Below, piece by piece: positions 58,101-64,000 of a DNA stretch of 64,000 nt. The notes beneath the pieces are model-generated. The model saw only the letters and a list, made by a program, of their open reading frames with translations, made no database searches and was not told the origin of the DNA. The stretch is from assembly GCA_051362555.1 (NCBI GenBank), contig CM120647.1, positions 2,418,001 through 2,482,000 of the forward strand, written 5' to 3'. Source of the stretch: Lingula anatina (Eukaryota > Animalia > Brachiopoda). Numbering within the stretch: position 1 is the first letter of the stretch; each line of letters begins with the position of its first letter. The position numbers were made by a program, and so were the translations under genes.

Positions 58101-61100
58101 GAGAACATTGCACTAAAACCATGGGCTTGGAATTCTCTCCAAACGTGGACTGACCTGCCATCTCAGGCGATATTATCCTGCACAAACCTACCAAAAAGCA
58201 TTCTGCAACATGTCTACGGGTCCTAATTTGACCATCAAAGGCATACAAGAAATACCCTGATTCTTCAGCAAAACCAACTTGTTCCTAGTGATGGTTGACC
58301 AAGTTCTGGTAGTTCTGGGATCACTGAACCCAGCATTCTCAACTGATACCTCATTCCATCTGCAAGAGAGGACTTCGGGGGTGATCCAGGCTTCATCATG
58401 ACAGCACACTTGCAAACAGTTATCATGTGGTGAATGATTTGTTGCAGAAACCCAATTTCCGGAGGCTGGAGAAACCATGTTTAAATCCAGATAATAAACC
58501 TACTGAGCACCCGTGGCATGAATTGAAGTGTGCAATCCAAAGGAGAGCCAAATTCTAAATAGTCTGGACCAATTCCGCTAAGCTTTCTAGGAAACAATGG
58601 GCAACATTCCACAAAACAGAATTGTTACCCTTGTTGAAGGCAGTGGCGCCGTCTACATGAGATGATTACAGCACGCGGTAAACATACACGCTAATAGACA
58701 CGCGACCTTAACGAGCACACCCTAATGCTAAATTTGTGCAAATTTGGTGACACTTGGTGGTGTCAATTCAATTTAATGGGCATTTCTTTACCTCCGTTGA
58801 AATGACAGTGGAACATCGGATTTGAGGGGGTACATGTAATAAATGTGAATTAATGGTATTAAATTTTGATATCTTCATCGCTAGTTTGTATTTTCTTTAT
58901 CACTAATCATGTTAGTTATGGTATCTGGCATAAAAATCCCCATCAATAGCAATAAACCCCTGCGGTGTGATCATTTATAAATAAAAGCACATGAAGCTGG
59001 GGGTGGGACAACCTTTTTGACCAATGTTAATTCTCATGCCAAAAAGAAAATGTTGGAAACATCGTCATACCTGCCACAGACACTGCTTTGTTACCGCTTG
59101 CGTCCTCGCCGTTCCATATGTCATACCTGGTAGAGTAGTACGATATAGAAAAAATAGCAACCCGTAGCAAAATGAAACGTTTCCAGCAACATTGCAACAA
59201 CAAGTTTGCAAGAAAAAATCTTGCTCCTAATTTACAGCAATATTGCAGCAAATTTGCCTGCTAAGGGAACGAACGGAAGATAAAATGGCATTCATTTTAG
59301 TCCTTATCATTTTTTTTTTTCATTTCAAATTATGATTGTAAGCAACATCCATTTACAAGAGAAGCATAACTGGATGTTTAAACTATCAGCACCGAACTGG
59401 TTAGCTGACTTGTGTTGTACGGGTGTTATTAAAACATTGGGAAGACAGAAAAAAACTCGTTCAAAGCAAGGAGCAAGGGTGCACTTACCCAGTAAAGAGC
59501 ATCGCATGATCAAACGTGGGTAAAGTGTTTCTAGTACTATCTTCGTTAATCCAGTCTGTAAAGTTCTTTAATGCAAGCTTGGCGTTCACTAAAGGTCTTG
59601 GTGTCGCGTCGCTCTTAATGTCTGTTGATTCAGTCCAGATGGAGGACATCGGGTCCTGGAGTGGAAATATATAGACTACAGCAATACGTTAGATCACAGT
59701 GTTATATGTGACTTGTCCTGGAATGGAAATATATAGACTACAGCAATACGTTATATCAGTGTTATATGTGACTTGTCCTGGAGTGGAAATATATAGACTA
59801 CAGCAATACGTTAGATCACAGTGTTATATGTGACTTGTCCTGGAGCAACACGTTATATCACAGTGTTTTATTTCGTGTTACTTGCTTCAAGAGAAATAAA
59901 GCATTGAAAGTTCATATGAAGGCTTAACCGCTAAAATTGGTCGGTTTAATTCTTAATGCTTTTTTCTTCAAAAGGCTGAGTTAAATTCAGGGGCGGATCC
60001 AGGCTTATTTGAAGGGGGTCCGGAACGACAGGCCTCGGATGCAAGGCCGACCATAGCCCCTTTGGCCTGGGGTTCGGGGCCTGCTCAAGGGCCCCGAAAA
60101 GATTTTGGCGTTTTGAAGGGTAAACGGTGTCCTTTGGTATGGTCTAGAACTATGATTCAGCTTCAGCTGGTCAAAATTCTAATTTCAAGAGGGGAATATT
60201 AGTGTGATATATTTTTCAGAAACCGAAGTCCCACCTGCCCCCCCCCCCCCCACACACACATACACACTCTAAATTCGCCACTAAAATTTGTGACATAACA
60301 GCGGGTTAAGCGGATGCATACTAATTTAAGTACGAGGCAGGTAATACAGGGTTGTGGTACAGGCCCCATTGAAGAACAATTTAACTAAACCAGTTTATAT
60401 CCAAACTCTTACCGTTGCTATACAAAGACCAACCAGCCGGACGTATATTTCGAATGGCGCCTCGTCCATACTTTGATAACGCAGATCAACCTGAAATAAG
60501 GAAAACATTGCATATGTCTTAATCTCTGAGAATTAATATTTATTTTGATTGGGGTCATAATGCAACATTTTATTGTTTAAGATTGCCACAATGCTATCGT
60601 TAGTTATCAAATATTGAACACATGTTATTTACCAACATGTACTCACATCATTCTACATTTCAACATTTTGTAATATCTATCATTAACATAGCAGTACTAT
60701 GAACATATATTTGTGAAAACTTGCCCCGTTCGCTACATGGGCGAAATAATATCGTATCTTTTCAATGGCTGCTTTCTGCCTGTCCTCGTGTCCGGTCGTC
60801 GTATTGTACCACCTGAGAGTACAGAAACGACAAGCAATGATATTTCAGACATTTTGATCTTTGTCCACTATCATCTAAAAACGGCGCAGTTGCAACGAAG
60901 GTCGACATGAAGGTCTACATCAAATGTTGAAAAACACTGAATAAAGCAAATTATGCAGTAAGGAGCTGTCTCAATATTAACATATACAGATTATAGTGGA
61001 ACACACGCGGATCGGCGTACCTCTGATGGGACTGTCGCTAAATCCCAGCAGTTTAACAGATTAACACGCTCTCTGGCATTAAGTTGAATACAGACAAGCT

Positions 61101-62213
61101 GGCGAACACGGTAGAAACAAGATAAGATGTGGCATTAAGTTAAGCTGATTGCACTTTGCAGGAGACCTATCGGAGTTGGGACGATCCAAGTAGACCCATG
61201 GCGTGTCTGTGGGAATGGAGTCTTAAATTGGCCTGCATAATTCAAAGCAATATTCCCTTACATTCCGTCACTACTGATGCCCAAACATTACCTTGTGTAT
61301 ATGGCGTTGTCTACCACCATCATCAGCTCCACGCCGTAACGAGCTTTGGAGGAGGTGTCCCGCCTTTGGCGTGCATACGGTACATGTTTCCTTAACTTTG
61401 TCGGGCTTCTGCCGACTGTATGAAAATATATGCTTCATTACAAAAGGCAAAGTTAGAGTAGTAAATAAAAACCAACAGGTCTATCTCATGGTCATTGAAG
61501 ATAGGTCTTGTTCAGTGGGTACTGACATGTATGCATAGAGTGTAGGAGAAACACAAAAAGCACTTGGTTTTGGTGACTTAACGGCAGTCATTTTTGATTT
61601 CCTTGCAGTTGTACACCTGATGCTAACGGATGCTTTTTCGAAAATATTTTTAAAATGCAACGTAGTTAAAATAAGTAATATTGCACCTCATTTTAAGTCT
61701 AAAAGAATTAAAGTAAATTGGCGGCCATCTAAAATTCTGAGGAAAACGTTAAGATGCTCAAAAAGCATGCACACTCAATTGTCTTTGACATCCATACCAG
61801 AAAAAAACTGCGGCGGAGAAAGATCTGCTCAATAGATAGCACAGATTCGTTCTGAATCTATCGGAAGTCTCACCTGTGTCATCAATGTAGTCACTTTGTC
61901 TCTGAATTTTGGTTAGGGAATACAAGGCGCCATCTATGTGTTTGTCGTCACTGGACTGCCTGTGTGGCGCCTCCCTACTGTGTCTCTGTGCAGCAGACTG
62001 CAGATGGTACTCCCTGCCCCCTATCGTCAACGTACCTTCCTGGAATTGGATCGTCAAATTATCAAGACTTCATAGTAAATAGAAGAATGGGTTAAATTTG
62101 AAATGATTCAGTCGGGAGGTGGACCTTTCCCTGCACAGCGGTTCTTTTTAACAAGCTAAGTTGAATACTTATATTTCATAAACTTATGTTTCAAATGAGT
62201 AAAAAAAAAGTAT

Positions 62214-62248
<35 letters not shown>

Positions 62249-64000
62249 AAAATGTCCACCCACCACGAGACTGACGTTTTGTTCTCTCATGCGGCGCACA
62301 GACAAAGACGCTCCATGTCTCTTGTCCTGGTAGAAATCTAAGTTCTGAAATGGAATTATAATGACATGAATATTTGACAGTTATGATAATGTAAATCATA
62401 CCAATCTCAGTGTGGCTTCACAGGCAAATGATCTAGAACAATATAGCGGATCAAGGAGCACTGGTTGCACATGTTTATGAGCACTTAATTATATATATAT
62501 ACCTTTCTTTTCACAAAATATATTCAGGAGCAAAACGTGATAATACTAAATATTACAGTGAATTTGTTCTTGTTCCATTTTATCTGCATAACATAATCCT
62601 GGTTTCTAGTCTTAAAGGTACATACGAACAGAGCATCGGTGGAGCGTGAATTCCCAGTAACACATGTAAACCACTTCTACTAGTTTCTTATACGACTCTA
62701 ATAAATTCGACATGCCAAGGGATAAACTGAATAAATCACCCGATCAGCCATAAAAGAGCTTTTGAGTGCTCCTTTCTTTAAATTTTTGGTTGTCAATTTA
62801 ACCTACTTTCGTGACCTACTTTTCTGCCCCTTTGACATACAGCATAGAATGCTAGCAGAAAAATCTGTTCAAACATCACTTTCCGGTAAAATTAAACAAT
62901 GCCTTTTGGTAATTCTCTTAGTTATACTACTTGAAACTATATGCTGGCATTTGTTTGGTTTTTATGACAAAAAATTGACTTTGTATGTATCTTTAAATGT
63001 GCATTTTTAAAAGTTAACATGCCAATGGTAGTTAAATAACCACCCTTTCAAATATAGCTATTTTGATCTAAATAAAACGCACATACTGGGGTAACACACA
63101 TGACCTTTCTCTCGGCTGAAATGAAGAGAAGAAACATTTGGTCGTAATGGTTTATGTCAGGCCATCAGCGGAAAAATTCCGAGAATATGAGACGAATTCG
63201 CTGTATTATGTCACGATGTCCCATTAAGCAGGGCGTTCTTAATGCTTTGGCATGAACCTGATTAAAACCTTGGAACATTAAGAGACCGATATACCCCAGT
63301 ACATGCCTTGTTGGATGCCTCCACATTGGTCATGGTGACCATTTCCCTACGGCCACGATGGCCACACCCCTGTTGCCACGGTGACCATTCCCCTGCGGCC
63401 ACGGCCAGCCACCCACTGCAGTCAGCACACAAGGTAAATATGCTCGGCCTGACGTCAGTTTATAAACAAAGGGATATCAGTCACACGACCCGGCCTTCTG
63501 ATATATTTACTAAGGTCTCGGAGATCGATAGGCGACATTTTGTGGTCGGTATACACTGTAGGACTACCAGTTGTAACTAATTCTAGTTTGCTAGATTTAA
63601 AAAACCCTTCGAGTACTGGGGTTTGGGTTTTCCATTCAATTCTGTCATGTCACAAAAATGATTTTGATCTGGCCCATTATCTATTGTTATCAAGTATCCA
63701 CTCGTTGTTATAGTCAAGCCTTGCTCTGAGATCTCTGTTTAAGCAGGGTGTCATGACAGGGTAGACTTAGTCTTATCTAGTCAGATAAAATCCGTAAACT
63801 CATTCTGTCGTATTTAAAAGTTCTTGTATCACAGACCAACTCTACTTGCCTCTATCCTGTCTGTTTTAATTTCGGCAGGGATTCCATTTCGTATAACAAA
63901 CACTGGAACATTGGCATTCACGGTAGACGTCTTCTTTAGACTGAGGCTGACTTCCTTGTCGCTGATTTTGAGAATGTAATGTTCTTTGCTGTCCTCACCC
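51248..64000 (-). CDS. Membrane-anchored reprolysin (M12B) ADAM/ADAMTS-like zinc metalloprotease with ShK-like Cys repeats, SEA, 2 EGF and TM (5' end outside the window)
   Basis: 17 phase-compatible exons: >64000-63850, 62344-62264, 62039-61874, 61415-61292, 60812-60725, 60490-60413, 59655-59489, 59126-59071, 57127-57022, 56711-56544, 55967-55823, 55263-55144, 54738-54687, 53836-53675, 53458-53324, 52613-52479, 52122-51248. Motifs: furin RQRR, VELMMVVD, DHAMLFTG, HEMGHNLGAVHD, Met-turn YIMA, FSKCS, PGQKY..HEQC, GTTCGNKKWC..GSC. Confidence 0.9.
52290..53500. repeat. Intragenic tandem duplication (845-bp period) carrying a 135-nt Cys-repeat exon
   Basis: Exons 52613-52479 and 53458-53324 and their flanking intron sequence are near-identical. 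Confidence 0.9.
56544..57127 (-). CDS. Catalytic-site exons of the metalloprotease (57127-57022, 56711-56544)
   Basis: GVAKVGQICKRDRTSINEDHGGFACIGVGSHEMGH-N-LGAVHDGDNNTCNGSEQYIMAS; the HExxHxxGxxH motif is split by a GT-AG intron. Confidence 0.92.
57359..59028. mobile_element. Palindromic Tc1-derived element in an intron
   Basis: AACATTGGTCAAAAAGGTTGTCCCACC at both ends (inverted); both arms carry degenerate transposase C-terminus (DLLQKPN...WHELKCA(M/I)QR). Confidence 0.8.
59654..59866. repeat. ~61-bp minisatellite (3+ units) overlapping a splice acceptor
   Basis: TCCTGGA(G/A)TGGAAATATATAGACTACAGCAATACGTTA(G/T)ATCA..GTGTTATATGTGACTTG repeated at ~59654, 59716 and 59776. Confidence 0.9.

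Overview
AT-rich, intron-containing animal DNA, most likely from a lophotrochozoan such as a mollusc (inferred from the repeat families and the metalloprotease type). There are three main components. (1) An intact, apparently very young 9.94-kb Ty3/Gypsy element on the minus strand (31704-41646) with retrovirus-like organisation: two 490-bp LTRs with no differences found by eye, unusual TATCA...TGATA termini, an ATTT target-site duplication, gag and pol in one frame separated by a single UAG, a chromodomain-like integrase tail, and a 783-aa F-type Env. The Env follows a clean splice acceptor and carries an extra multi-TM C-terminal module. A fossil of a second env-bearing gypsy lies next to it on the plus strand. 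(2) A minus-strand host gene (51248 to >64000, 17 phase-compatible exons visible) encoding a reprolysin/ADAMTS-like zinc metalloprotease. It has Cys-rich ShK-like repeats and a single intronless last exon supplying SEA-EGF-EGF-TM-tail; two of its introns are GC-AG. (3) A ~31-kb region of segmental repeats, each carrying a copy of a terminal-exon-like cassette for a Tyr-motif-rich peptide. This region holds nested transposons (L2-type LINE, DIRS split by an IS3EU-like element, mariner, MITEs) and a minimal hammerhead ribozyme motif; two Tc1 fossils lie further right. All calls come from manual reading; no database searches were run.
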